A stretch of 64,000 bases of DNA. Origin: Lama guanicoe (lineage: Eukaryota). Below, one piece after another: positions 1 to 12,400 of this stretch; position 1 is the first letter of the stretch; every line of letters starts with the position of its first letter. The notes under the pieces are model-generated. The model did no database searches. It was not told the DNA's origin and saw only the letters and a program-made list of their open reading frames with translations. The position numbers were made by a program, and so were the translations under genes. The stretch is taken from positions 1,686,477 through 1,750,476 of the forward strand of contig MU056134.1 of assembly GCA_013239625.1 (NCBI GenBank). The letters run 5' to 3'.

Positions 1-1632
1 TAGCTGGTGTATGGCTTCTCTCTGCCACTCCACTCACGGGCTTTCTATTTGGGAGAACCACATTTGAGCTTACCCTTGGGCTCTCCAGAGCACAGATTTC
101 AAATACTGTTGACCCAATACATCAAAAGTGGTTCTCAGTAGAAATAACCCTGACTGTTCCAAGGCTCACTCTTACTTCTAAAGAATACAGAATTCTCCCC
201 AAACCTCCAATTTCGTACATTCTCAAACTACATTGCTTTCTAAGGAAGAGGCACTCGGGGTTCAACTCTCAATATCACCTATATTACAGTCCTAACTGCC
301 CCATAGATTATTTTTTAAAAAATCATCAAAGTATGTTGTGTGCCTGGCATCTTTCTCTAGTTTTTAGTCCAGGTCCAGCATTTCGGGTAGGATACAGTAT
401 TAGAAAAAGAGGGTTAGATCCCTGTGTCCAATTGTCGTCTTCCTCAGAAATCCAACCTGGATCTGATTTTTATTAAGAAAGGAAGTAATTTTCTTCACAG
501 AGGTTCAGCTAGCTCAAAATCCTATTAGGAGAATGGGATCCAGGTATTACTCCCTCAGAAAATTGACTCTAGCAATCTAATGGACTCTTCCTTGCCCTGC
601 AAACATCATTTCTAGCCAGGTGAACCTCAGCAAAGAAAATTGCTTCCTTTCCTAATAAAAAGCAAATCGAAATTGGATGAGTGCTGACAACTTCCTTGTA
701 CCAGCCTCCTTCCTGCCTCTCCAGTAGCAGGGCTATTTGTCCCTGTCCCCTCCCATGTTTATCTCGAATTTGGGGCAGAAAAGCAAATGTTATTGCTCTT
801 TCCCAAATACCTTTAAGGACTTCCAATTAGACTCACGAAGATGGACTGGGAGCTTGACAGGTTCATGGCACACTGCTAAGCACCAGTACTGGTCTTCCTG
901 GCTGTTCCACCAGCCCGCCAGAGACAGAGATAAATAAGACAGACTCTTTGTGCCCCCATAGCATCCTGGGCTATCACTAATATAAATGCCCATGCCGCAT
1001 ATTAAAATCCTCTGTGTTTCTCTCCACTAGAATGTAAGCCTGCAGAGAACACAGACCATCCGTCTGTCATTATTGCATTCCCAACACCTCTCACAGTTCC
1101 TGGTACAAAGGAAGTTCTACAAAGTACGTTAGTCAAACCAAACAGAAACCAGTTCCAGTTCCTGCCCTGGAGAAGGTCATAATCCAGAGAGAGGTCCCTG
1201 GCTTGGCTGTGAGTCAGAGCTCCCACTGTGATCACCATTCCGTCCCAGGGAACCCAGCACACACACAGATGCTTTGGGATCTATTTTCCCTGACTGGATG
1301 CACACTGCAGGTCGTGTTCCGGCAAACCCTCTCCCAGGACAGTTTGGAGTTGTATCTCAGCAGAATGAGCCATATTCCACAAAGTCATAGTCTTTGCAAG
1401 AGAGAAAGACAGGTTGGGGGATGGTCTAGGTGACCTTGAGACCAGATACCACTCTGACTCCCACAATCAGCCAGCTGGCATAAACACCTGGGCACCTTGC
1501 CTGGCAACTCAGACATAGCCCCAAGATTCCAGCCAGTCCGTTTCCCCCAGCACACCCACACCAGACTGGTTAGGCTGGTATTTCTGGGTCCTGGCCACTA
1601 GAGGCGTGGCCTCCAACAGCACCAAGCCCCAC

Positions 1633-1736
1633 CTGAGAATGATCCGAAGGTACTCCGTGCCTTCGGCCTCCTCGCACTTGATGGACAGGAGCAAGTTCCC
1701 CAGACTGCTGCCGGTACAGTAGAAGTTGAGATGATC
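1633..1736 (-). CDS. RAP1GAP2: RAP1GAP2 coding exon (~exon 8), 104 nt, DHLNFYCTGSSLGNLLLSIKCEEAEGTEYLRIILR
   Basis: Acceptor ctag|GATCAT and donor CAG|gtgggg; starts in phase 0, ends in phase 2; translation matches RAP1GAP2. Confidence 0.96.
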
Positions 1737-1929
1737 CTAGGAACGGGAATCAGGTGTTAGTTGGGGTGGGGGGGCCTGTGAGATATGGCCCCCCAAATCA
1801 CCTCCTTCGCCAGGAGTGAGAAGCCCAGTAACAGGAAGAAAAGGATGCTACTGCTGTGGCTGCTATTAAGGGGCAGGGGATGCCGGGGAGAATGGAAGAC
1901 GGGGAGGAGGAAAAGGGTCACAGTCATAG

Positions 1930-2165
1930 GTTCCAACTGCCAAGTCCTAGGATGTGTCAGGCACTGGGCTTAGGGCATCATAACCCTTATCTCCTGAAAT
2001 CCTGGCTCCAACTTCATGCAACTGAAAACATCATCAGCCCCATTTCACAGATGGGTAAACCATCATCAGGGAGGTTAACTAACCAAGGTCATACAACAAG
2101 TAAGTGAAAGATCCAGAGTTCAAACCCACATCTGACTTGAGCAAAGCACAAGTTCTTCACCATAA
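1930..2165 (-). mobile_element. MIR SINE fragment
   Basis: cccatttcacagatgggtaaac...aaggtcatac...ttcaaaccca resembles the MIR core in reverse orientation. Confidence 0.65.
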
Positions 2166-2289
2166 GATATCAAGTCCACTTCCTTGCTCACAGGGGCAGT
2201 CCTCACCAGTTCAGACTGTTCATGGGAATAAAGAGAAGAGGAACTCTGGTCCTCCACCCAAGGGGAGCCGGGAGGTCCTCTGGTCAGTG

Positions 2290-2420
2290 GGTCTCTCCCT
2301 GGCTCAGGGAGCCCATTCCAGACCTGCTACATCGGGGAGCAGGGGTGCTGGAATCTGCATTTTTCACAAGTTCCCCCAGGGGGTTCTGAGACAGCTCCTG
2401 AGACTGCAAACAACACTGCC
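2290..2420. mobile_element. MER5-like hAT-Charlie MITE
   Basis: gaatctgcatttttcacaagttcccccagggg motif typical of MER5A. Confidence 0.55.
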
Positions 2421-2945
2421 TGAGGCTGGAGACTTCCAGAATCTGGCCCTGGGATTTCCAGAACCTGGCAAGTCCGAAGGGCAGAATATATTTAAAGAAT
2501 ACTGTCACTTTTAAGCAATCAGAGGCTCATAGCCCATCACCCCATACAAGTACCCAGAGGACTTGCCTGAATGAGGACATGAGAGTTTCGTACTATTTTG
2601 ATAGAAACAGATTTCCGAGGCGTGAGAACCTATTTTTTCCTTCCACCTTCCTTCACCCCCAAACACTACCCACTCCATCACCTCCTAAAACATTTGCTGG
2701 GGGTGAGTCCCAGCAGACCCATCGTTCCCATCACTCCTGGCCTCCCTGACTTCTGCACACCCTCCATGCACCCATCCAGAAGCAGAGCCGACCAGATCTC
2801 TCCAAGGACAGAGGCAGGCAGCAGGGATGTGGCAGGACTTGAAAGAGGAGAGACAGAGAGAAAGGGGCCCTGGAGAGGAACGCTGGGTTCCTGGGTGCGC
2901 CCTCCTTCCTGCAGTCATTTTTGCCCTGGGCCCCCTGGGCCTCAC

Positions 2946-3158
2946 CTTCCCCAGGAAGTGCCTGCGGTAGGCCCTGGCTTCGCCCTTGCACTCAAGCTTG
3001 TAGCCAAACGTGCTGGGGCTGAGGCTGTCCTCTTCCTCCTCCTCACAAGTGCTGCTGCCCACGGAGGTCGGCGTGCTCACGTTCTCCGGGTCCTCGATCC
3101 AATAGCCCCCAAACTGGGGCAGGACGATCAGGGGGTACGGGCCTCCCTTCTCCACAAC
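2946..3158 (-). CDS. RAP1GAP2: RAP1GAP2 coding exon (~exon 7), 213 nt, VVEKGGPYPLIVLPQFGGYWIEDPEN...EARAYRRHFLGK
   Basis: Acceptor ctccag|GTT and donor AAG|gtgagg; contains the Rap1GAP-family LPQFGGYWIE motif; lies within ORF 2685..3428. Confidence 0.97.
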
Positions 3159-3570
3159 CTGGAGGCAGAGGGAGGGTCTGGTAATGCAGCCCACTCCAGG
3201 TCTGCAGGAGGAGGGGAGGAGTGCCGGTGATGGTGCTCCCCAACCTCTGAACTGCTCCAAGGAGGCGACTCCATCTTTGAGGCCAAAAGCAGTAACATGA
3301 ACCCCCCCTGTAAGTCCTAAAACATCTCCAGCTTCACTCACCCTGTAGCACCAGGGGTGCAAGGTGTGGATGGGCACCCCCAATTTAAACGTGGAAAAGC
3401 TGAGGTCACAAAGAGAAAGATGGGACAAGGTCTCAGGTCCTCAAGTCCCAAATCCAGGGTGCTCTCCCACGTCAGGTGGAGGAGGGACCATCAACATCAC
3501 CACCATCAGCTCCCCCAGCCCCACCCCTGAGACGGGACCCAGAGCCACAGTGCAGCCAGGGGGCTCCTAC

Positions 3571-3603
3571 CTCATCGATGCTGGGGTACGGGATGTAGTC
3601 GTC
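3571..3603 (-). CDS. RAP1GAP2: RAP1GAP2 coding exon (~exon 6), 33 nt, DDYIPYPSIDE
   Basis: Acceptor ggcag|GAC and donor GAG|gtagga; DYIPYPS is conserved in the Rap1GAP family. Confidence 0.96.
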
Positions 3604-4332
3604 CTGCCAGACAAACCAGACAATGTCAGCGTTAGTCCCGGCAGTGCCCATAAAGTTTGGCACTGTCTCCATTCCCCTCTCCCAGGTGGGGAAGAGGGTG
3701 GGCTGGGGGCCTGACAGGCTGCACCAGGGCTTTGGGAAGAACATCAGAGGCAGCTCTGGGAAATGGCTTCTCTTGAGTTCTTCCCCAAATTGACAGAACC
3801 TAAGTGCACACCCTGCCAGCTGAAGATGCAGTGCTCAAAGCACTGAGTTCCACCCTCATGACCCAGTTTCTCACCCTGTGATGCTGTAACCAGAAGACGA
3901 CCCCTGATCCCACCCAGCTCCCTCCAGGCAAGGAGGCTGACCTACAAGTGATGAGCTGCATCCCTGGGCTTGGCCATAGAAGCTGAAGCTGAGAGATGAT
4001 GCCTCTGGAGCCTGGAGCACAGACCTGAGACCCTACACGCTGCATGTAGTTCATTCGCAGGAGCAGATGCGAAGGAGCCAGGCTAAGCCGTGAGCCACCA
4101 AGGCCTCCACCCCAGCCCACCCGGAAGTTGCCCCAAAGGTATCAAGCCAGGGTCCCCGGTGCTGCCCACTGTATACCAGTCAACACAGTGCAGCCACTTA
4201 AGCGGCTCTTAGTGAAAATCAGAGTTAGACAGCCTCAGACAGCAGACCCCAGCACGCCAGCTGTGACCCCTGCCTCTCACCCAGCCCCCCTCGCCGGGAC
4301 CACCTGGCTGCCACCTTGCCCGCCCAGCCCAC

Positions 4333-4377
4333 CTTGTTCTTCTGGGGTCCCGGCTTCTGCTCTTCAAGCTTGATCCC
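4333..4377 (-). CDS. RAP1GAP2: RAP1GAP2 coding exon (~exon 5), 45 nt, GIKLEEQKPGPQKNK (symmetric, skippable)
   Basis: Acceptor tttctgcag|GGG and donor AAG|gtgggc; phase 0-0; matches RAP1GAP2. Confidence 0.95.
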
Positions 4378-4519
4378 CTGCAGAAATAAGGAAAAGAGGA
4401 TCTATAGAAAAGCAAAGGTCACAGAAGATAGGCCAAACAGAAGTCTCTCAGGAGCAGCTGGGGGTTAGTCATCATAGCAGCAGCAGCTGGCGTGTGCTGG
4501 GCCCTTACACACTTAGGCG

Positions 4520-4740
4520 AGGCAGCAGGGAAGGGGGTTAAGAGCATGGATTCAAGCCAGGTTCAAATCCCATCACTGCTACTTATGACCAGATGACCTT
4601 GGGTAAGTCACAAAACCTCTCTAGCTCAGCATTCCCATCTGTAAACTGGGAATGAAAATGGCACCTACTCTTGTAGTGAAGGCTAAATGCTGACAAGGTG
4701 TTAAGCCCTTGGAAGCATGGTGGGTACATAGTAAAAGCTA
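4520..4740 (+). mobile_element. MIR SINE
   Basis: ggttcaaatccc...tgaccttgggtaagtcac...catctgtaaactggg MIR core. Confidence 0.75.
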
Positions 4741-7107
4741 CGGGTAGGCAGTGTTTTATTCCTGGTCCTTAAAGATCTCCTCCAGGCTCTCAGAGCCAGT
4801 AGGTGAGGGGTGAGGATGGGAACCCCCATCTGAGGGTGTCAGAGCCAGCAAGCTGGACCTCACACCACTCCAGCTCCAGCCCTTTCTGGTGGGAGGGCCC
4901 ACAGGTGACAGGCATGTGGCCTGGTCCTCATTCTGCCGCTGTCTTACTATTGGGGACCCTTGACAAAGTTGAGCCTCTTGCCACCTCCTTGGTTCCATCT
5001 ACGAAACGAGGATTCTAACACCCACACCCCCACCTCACAGATCTGTCACCACAAGGGTCAGACACCATGACTGATAGGGTCAAGTGCATGACCCTATCCC
5101 CCAGCCCTTGGAGCCCAGGACTCCTGCTCACTGGGAGGATTTGGACTTGGGCTTCTCTGGACTTGACTGGGCTGAGTCACCTGCAGTGTTGTTCAAGAGG
5201 GTTTGGGAGGCCCTCCTGCTGGACAGGTGCTCCTGTCCCCATGCAGGGAGAAAATCATTTTAGTGGCCAGCAGACCCTGTCCAGGGAAACAAACTGGGAG
5301 GATGGGGAGGGGAGTGATGTCAGGAGCTGGTTCTCTTTGTCCTGCATTAGTCATCCCTGCCTGGGAACAGCCCCTGGGCAGGAGTGCAAACTACCCTCCC
5401 CCACGACAGACCCACCGCTCAGCATCGGCCCCCTGCCTGTGTCATCCTATGCAATAGGTATTATGATTATGCCCCGCTGCCCCCGCCATGAAGACCCTGA
5501 GGCTCAGAGGCAGTGACTTGACCAAGGACACTCAGCTAGAGTGTCAGGGTTAGAACTTGAACCCAGGACCAAAGATATCCAAAGCTTGTGCACTTGGTTC
5601 CTGCTGCTTCACAGGGACTGTGCCCCTCTTCAAATCCCTCAGCTCTCGGTCTGGGAGGTCAGGGGTCCTGGATCTTAGTTTCAGCTCTTCACTGAGTGCC
5701 CTGCACGCTTCACTGCTCTGAGGCTTAGTCTCCATGCCCGCAGCATGAGGAGAGTTGGCGTCCACGTGCAAGAACTGGCTCTGGCCACGCCGGGCAGCCT
5801 GCTTCACACCAGCCAATTCCCTGTGTGAGTTTCGTACATGCAGAGGACCTGGAAACCGTGGCCCCTCGCAGGCCGGGGCCCAGGGGGCACGAGGGAGAGG
5901 CCTAAGCACTGGGAAGTGTGGTTTCAGCCCCCAGCCATCTCAAATGAGATGGAACTGACCACCTACCAAGAAGTGTCAGCTGCCTGCCATGGAGACACAG
6001 AGGAAGCATAAAACCCAGACCCCTGCCCTTGACAGGCTCCCAATCTAGTTGAGACGACAACCCAACAGCTTCAAAACAACAGAACGATGAGGCTGTTAAG
6101 TGGGGTTGGATTCTCAGAGAAGCCCTTTTGTTTGGGAAGACCGAGGGCTTTGAGGGGTGAGTGGATTGTGGGGTCAACCAGAGAGAAGGCAGGGTGAGCT
6201 GCAAATTCCCCTCCAGCTTGCCAAGTGCAGGGATTCCATGGCTTTAGGTGAAAATCCTAGCTTTACTCCAATCAACTGAGCACTTAATTATACACTGCCT
6301 CCCACGACTCGCTGGCTAGGCCCGTACCTTTCCTGTTTCTGCAAGTTCCCTAAGTGTATATAGTTTGTAGTCCACACGCTGCTGGGCACGGAGGGGGATT
6401 TTAACAACTTGCTTGTGCTAATGACACAACCGCTAATAATATTTTCCCCTCAAACAGCACCCACCCCCACCCCACCCCCCGCTTAGGGAGACCAGGCTTT
6501 CCTGAGGAGACCATGCTTGCTCATACCAGCCCTCTCAGCAGCTCCTCCTGCAGCTCAGGACCGCTGTGAACACACTATTTGCATCTCCTCCTAGACCTTC
6601 CAGATCATCACTACAGAATCTTCCTTCCTGGAACCTACAGCATCTCCTTAGGGTAAAGAGCACCATACTGTAACACGAAAATTTCTGCCTCTGAAGCTCC
6701 TTGCTAGCCCTGGGCCCTTGAGTGCTTTATTTAATATCTCTGTGCCTCAGTTTTCTCACCTGTGAAATGGGGATAACAGTAATATACCTACTTTCTGTGG
6801 GCCTTGTCAGGAAGGAACGAGATAACACCTGCCAATCTCTGAGCCCAGAGGGGTGCTTGAAACCCATGCATCTTTTCACTCTTTCCACCTACCTCTATTA
6901 AGCCTTCTGGATGTCTCTCCAGATTCCCTAGGGCAGTAGTTCTCACCTGTGAGCCCTGACCCCTTGGTGAGGGGTGATTATAAAGGACCCCCAAATCCAT
7001 ATTGAATACTGATTTTTGTGCAATGCCTATCATGTATTATATGGTATCATCTCATTTCATTCCAACAACCATGTAAATGGGCATACTGTATTCCTATTTA
7101 TAGAAAC

Positions 7108-7975
7108 TGTGATATTGTGATTTATAATAAGAAATATATATTTGGTCTTCATGCAATTCCAGGCACAGAGCTCCTAAAACCCTTGGAATTTCCTGGGTGA
7201 TAAGAGCAATGAGAGTATCTTTTGTTATAGCATTTGGACTCTGTCCTTGGTTCCCGAAAGAGCTCCAGAGCTGTAAAGATGAAAGGAGTATCCTATTTTT
7301 CATAAGTTTATGTTAACAAGGTGACTTTGGAAAGCCCCTAAGGACGGGGGCTTGCTGCCAGGGGAATCAACCCTGATTAGAGGGTTAGAACTTTCAGCCC
7401 TACCCCCAACCTCTGGAGAGGGGAGAATGGCTGGAGGTTTGATCAGTCACCAATGGCCAGTGATTTAATTGACCATGCCTACGTAAAGAGGCCTCCACAA
7501 AAAGCCGAAAGGATAGGGTTTGGGGGAACTTCCTGGTTGGTGAACACGTGTTGTTCCCAAAGAGGGCACGGAAGTTTTGTCCATTCCCACACATCTTGCC
7601 CTAGGTCACTGCTCCATCTGGTTGTTCCTGAGTTATTTCTTTTTATAACAAACTGATCATTTAGTAAGTAAACTGCTTTCCTTAGTTCCGTGAACCGCTC
7701 TAGCAAATTAATGGAACCCAAGGAAGAGGTCATGGGAACCTCCAATTTATAGCCAACGGGTCAGAAGTATGGGTGACAACCTGGACTTGCAATCGGTGTT
7801 GAAATCAGGAGAGGAGGGTCTTGTGGGACTGAGCCCTTCACCTGTGGGATCTGACTCTATCTCCAGGTAGCCAGCGTCAGAACTGAATGAAATCGTAGGG
7901 CTCCCAGCTGGCGTTGCAGAATTGCCTGGTGTGGGAAAACTCCCACATGTTTGGTGTCGGGGTGAGGGGAGAACA
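7108..7975 (+). mobile_element. MER21-family solo LTR inserted into a reverse-oriented MIR
   Basis: Starts tgtgatattgtgatttataataagaaatatatatttggtctt, the characteristic MER21 5' end; MIR halves flank it (about 7040-7107 and 7990-8080). Confidence 0.8.
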
Positions 7976-8422
7976 GTGCCATAAGTGGACAGAAAACAGG
8001 AGCGAGAGGCTTAGAAAAGGGAAGGAGTTAGTGCTAGCAAGTGTCAGATGCAAGATTTGAACTCAGGTCTGTCTCCCACTCCACTGCTCTGTCTCCCAGA
8101 CGTGAGATGACTCCCCTCGGAAGGGGCTTTCTATCCCACCCTCTCCAGGGACAAGGGAACCTCTCAAACCCTCCCCACAACCATCTGCCCTGCTGGCAGG
8201 TTCTGTCTACTCTCCATCCTTCCGGCAGGAGCCGTCCCAGAACCCTCTGTGTGGTTCACCATGGAAATGGCCTCAGGTAGTCCGGGCCACCAGGACTGTT
8301 CTCTGTTCTCTGCCCTCCCTCCAAGGCTCCCAAGTTCTGCCCGTGGGTTCTGCCCGACGTTGTGTCCCCTGAGGCCACTGCAGCATCCCCGCCCGGGGCT
8401 CAGCTCACATTGGGATGCTCAC

Positions 8423-8458
8423 CTGCATCTTCTCCAGCATCTCGAAGAACTCTGCCGA
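8423..8458 (-). CDS. RAP1GAP2: RAP1GAP2 coding exon (~exon 4), 36 nt, SAEFFEMLEKMQ
   Basis: Acceptor gtctttcag|TCG and donor CAG|gtgagc; phase 0-0; first half of the GoLoco-like motif. Confidence 0.95.
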
Positions 8459-9619
8459 CTGAAAGACACAAAGAAGGTGGGGAGAGAAAGATGGAGCGTC
8501 AGCCAGGAGGTCTGCTGAGAAAGCCTTCCTACTGACTGGAAGCTCAGCCCAGGGCTTCCCCAGGGACAAAATTCATTTGGATCAAGAGAGAAGATAATTT
8601 GATTTCGCCTTTGCAGGGCTGGAGGGCCAGAGCACTTCATACAACAAGAGGGGGAAAAAAGCATGCCTGGGCTGGCAAATGGCCCTGGGGAAAACAGTTA
8701 CTCAGTCTCGGTCAAGAGGGAGGGGCCCGAGGGGGCCCCAGGATTCAGCCTCCAACAGGATTCATGTTTGGGATGTTTTCAATCCAACAGGGTGCCAAAA
8801 TGTCCCACACAAGTAGTTTTCCAACTTTTGTGGCAAGATAGCCTTTCTGTCTCCTCACACAAAGCCTCACTTAGAACTACATCTAAAACCAGTAAAAGCA
8901 GAGATGCTCCGGCAAAGGCAGCCATGGGAGCTTGAGCCCCTGAGGTGCCACCTCTGCCTGCCGGTCCCCTACCTTTTGCGACCCAAGAATTTGTGAGCAA
9001 AGCCTGAAAACCATTGAACCATTGAACCGCAGCCTCCAGTGGCCTGTATGGGTTATTTTTTTAAATCTCAAACTCCATCAGCCCAAACTTTTAACCTACT
9101 TTGGTGCCACCTTTGTAAACTGCAGGTGAGACAGAAAGGAGAAAAAGAAAGTGGAATGGAAGGGTGAGGGGCTGAAAGCTCCACTCTAACAAAACACACG
9201 CAGAGGTTCCCCCCAGAAGTGTCCCCACTTCCCATTCCATGAAAACAGCTACACTTTCTTGTCGTAAGATCACTGCCCACATCTGGGCACTGGCAAACCA
9301 TGAATATGTGAGCGTGCAGAACAGACAGTCCCCAGATGACTAGGAGACAAAAGGAAGCAGCGAGAAGGAGGACTGAGCATGTCCTTATAGCTTCTTCATG
9401 CAGAGGTAGAGCATCCACCCTCCCACCTTCTGCAGGCACCAATGGACCAGAACTGCCTGCAGCCCCCACCACCCTCAGAATTCTAAGGGGACCACCATGG
9501 AAAGGACCCTTGTGGAGTCATCTGCAGAGACCTGGCCCTGCTGCAGACTCCAAGTGACCTCTCCCAGCCTAAATCTGGCCCATTAGTGGCAGAGTCTCTC
9601 ACCTCCCCACCAACAATGC

Positions 9620-11428
9620 CAATTACAATAGCACCAAAGAGAATAAAGTACTAGGTGTAAATTTAACAAAAGTGTGAAACCTTTATTCGGAAAAGTACAA
9701 AACATCGAAAAGAAATTAAAAGTTCTAAATAAATGGAAATAAATCCATGATTGCAATTTGAAGAGCCAGTATGATTAAGATAGCCATGCTCTCCAAAATG
9801 ATCTATAGATTCAATGTAATCTCTATGAAAATCCTAGCTGGATCCTTTATAGAAACTGAAAGTCTGATCCTAAAGTTAATATGGAAACTCAAGGGGTCGA
9901 GAATAGCCGAAACATTCTTGAAAAAGAAAAATGAGGTTAGAGGACTCATACTACTCAATTTCAAAACTTCCTGCAAATCAAAAGTAATGAAGATAGTGTG
10001 GTACTCACAAGGATAGACTACAGATCAATGGAATAAAATTTAGAGTCTAGAAGTAAATCCACATATCTATGGCAATTGATTTTCAACAAGAGGGCCAAGA
10101 CTACTTAGTGGGCTCTCTTCACCAAATTGTGCTGGGAAAACTGGATAGCCACACGCNNNNNNNNNNNNNNNNNNNNNNNNNNNNNNNNNNNNNNNNNNNN
10201 NNNNNNNNNNNNNNNNNNNNNNNNNNNNNNNNNNNNNNNNNNNNNNNNNNNNNNNNNNNNNNNNNNNNNNNNNNNNNNNNNNNNNNNNNNNNNNNNNNNN
10301 NNNNNNNNNNNNNNNNNNNNNNNNNNNNNNNNNNNNNNNNNNNNNNNNNNNNNNNNNNNNNNNNNNNNNNNNNNNNNNNNNNNNNNTCAGTGGACACTAG
10401 AAAGTGAAAAAACAGCCCACAGATTAGGAGAAAATATTTGCAAATCATATATCTGACAAAAGACTCATACCTAGAATATAATAAAAAGTTAAATAACTGA
10501 ATTTAAATAATAATTCAATAATAAAAAGTTAAATAACTGAATTTTAAAATGAGCAAAGAATTTGAATTAAATATTTCTCCAAAGAAGACATACAAATGGA
10601 CAACAAGCACATGCAAAACTGCTCAACATCGTTAGTCATTGGGAAATACAAATCCAAACCACAATGAGAGATCACTTCCCACCAACTAGAATGNNNNNNN
10701 NNNNNNNNNNNNNNNNNNNNNNNNNNNNNNNNNNNNNNNNNNNNNNNNNNNNNNNNNNNNNNNNNNNNNNNNNNNNNNNNNNNNNNNNNNNNNNNNNNNN
10801 NNNNNNNNNNNNNNNNNNNNNNNNNNNNNNNNNNNNNNNNNNNNNNNNNNNNNNNNNTCCACTCCTAGGCATATACCTCCAAGAGAAGTGAAAGCATGTG
10901 TCCACTCTAAGACTTGTACACCCATGCTCACAGAAGCAGTATTCCTAATACCCAAAGTGGCAATAACCCAAATGTCCATCAGCTTTTGAATGAACAAATT
11001 ATGGCATATAGTTNNNNNNNNNNNNNNNNNNNNNNNNNNNNNNNNNNNNNNNNNNNNNNNNNNNNNNNNNNNNNNNNNNNNNNNNNNNNNNNNNNNNNNN
11101 NNNNNNNNNNNNNNNNNNNNNNNNNNNNNNNNNNNNNNNNNNNNNNNNNNNNNNNNNNNNNNNNNNNNNNNNNNNNNNNNNNNNNNNNNNNNNNNNNNNN
11201 NNNNNNNNNNNNNNNNNNNNNNNNNGAAATGGGAGATTTGGAGGATAATAGCTAAAGAATATAGGGTTTCTTTCTGAGGTGATGAAAATGTTCTAAAATT
11301 GACCGTGCTAATGTTACCACATTACAAACTCTGTAAATATACTAAAAAAACCCCATTAAACTGTACACTTTAAATGAGTGGCTTTATGGTATGTGAATTA
11401 TATCTTAATAAAGCTGTTCAAAAAAAAC
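9620..11428 (+). mobile_element. L1 (L1MA/MB-like) ORF2 3' part plus 3'UTR, degenerate, with three N-gaps
   Basis: ORF 9771..10016 resembles L1 ORF2 (IYRFN, LILK.IW, YS/KIVWY); 3'UTR gatgaaaatgttctaaaattga...aataaagctgtt followed by an A-tail. Confidence 0.9.
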
Positions 11429-11437
11429 CACTTTCCA

Positions 11438-11565
11438 GGGGGAGAGTATAGCTCAGTGGTAGAGCACATGCTTAGCATGCATGAGGTCCTGGGTTCAATC
11501 CCCAGTACCTCCATCGAAGTAAACAAATAAATAAAATTTTTAAAAACAAAACAAAACAAAAAACC
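11438..11565 (+). mobile_element. vic-1-type tRNA-Ala-derived SINE
   Basis: A box tagctcagtgg, B box ggttcaatcc, A-rich tail, TSD aaccactt(t/g)cca. Confidence 0.88.
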
Positions 11566-11813
11566 AACCACTTGCCATTCAAAAAGAAAGCAGTAGATCT
11601 ATATTGCTTACATAAGATGCTCTCTTTCCAAGATTTATTAAGTCAGGGGTCAGGGGGTAAATCAGAATATCACATAGAATATGATCTCATTTTTATAAAC
11701 ACAAAACCTAATATTACCTATATGTGTGTATATAAATACACAGAAAATACTACAAAATAATATATTTAGAAGGCCGTGGAGAGCTACTGAGGTTTGCGTA
11801 CAGTAGAAAGATA

Positions 11814-11999
11814 CAGTCGTCCCTCAGTATGTGCAGGGGATTGGTTCCAGGGCCCCATGGATACCAAAATCCCAGGATGCTCAAGTTCCTTCTACCAAAC
11901 GTCATGACACAGTTGCCCCTCTTTTATCTGCAGGTTCTACTAACTGGGGATCAAAATTGAAATCTTATGTTGCATCCACAGATACAGAGGGCCAACTCC
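11814..11999 (+). mobile_element. MER2-like Tigger MITE
   Basis: ta|cagtcgtccctcagtatg...ggataccaaaatcc 5' end and gatacagagggccaact 3' inverted terminus. Confidence 0.8.
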
Positions 12000-12400
12000 A
12001 CAGTAGGCAGCAGAATCCAGCGGTCAAAGCCAGGTCTGGAAAGCGGCCGACCTGCTGCTGCCCTGCTGTGTGGCCCAAGGCATGTGATGCAGTCTCTCTT
12101 ACTTCCCTCACCTGAAAACAGACCCCTGCCTTTCAGGGCTCACCTGAGGATGAACTGAGAACGTGGACAAGAAGTGCCCAGCCAGGGCCTGGTCCACAGC
12201 CAGCACTCAGTAAACAGCAGCTACTATGAGGAACTATTAGAACACCCACTCCGGAAACAAGCTTTATCCCATTAGGAAATGGTCTAGTACCTTCAGGATA
12301 GTTAGTGTTTCCTGATTTAGAGCACTTAGCTTTTCTTGACTTCATTGGTCTTCCCAGAGGCAGTGTGTTTAGATTACTTGTAAAAATGGGTCTATTTCCT

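Noticed and set aside
2598-3230. 210-aa + strand ORF
   Set aside because: Antisense shadow of the GC-rich RAP1GAP2 exon 2946-3158; non-ATG start and no recognisable homology
2685-3428. 247-aa ORF as a standalone gene
   Set aside because: Only 2946-3158 is exonic; the flanks read through clear splice sites into intron
6328-6349. Possible small exon (ttag|...AAAG|gtacgg) between exons 4 and 5
   Set aside because: 22 nt (or 11 nt) would frameshift, the acceptor lacks a pyrimidine tract, and there is no upstream ATG
11438-11513. tRNA-Ala(AGC)-like gene (and similar heads at 36816, 37236, 48383, 51926, 54713)
   Set aside because: A-rich tails, TSDs, broken stems and multiple diverged copies show these are SINE heads, not tRNA genes
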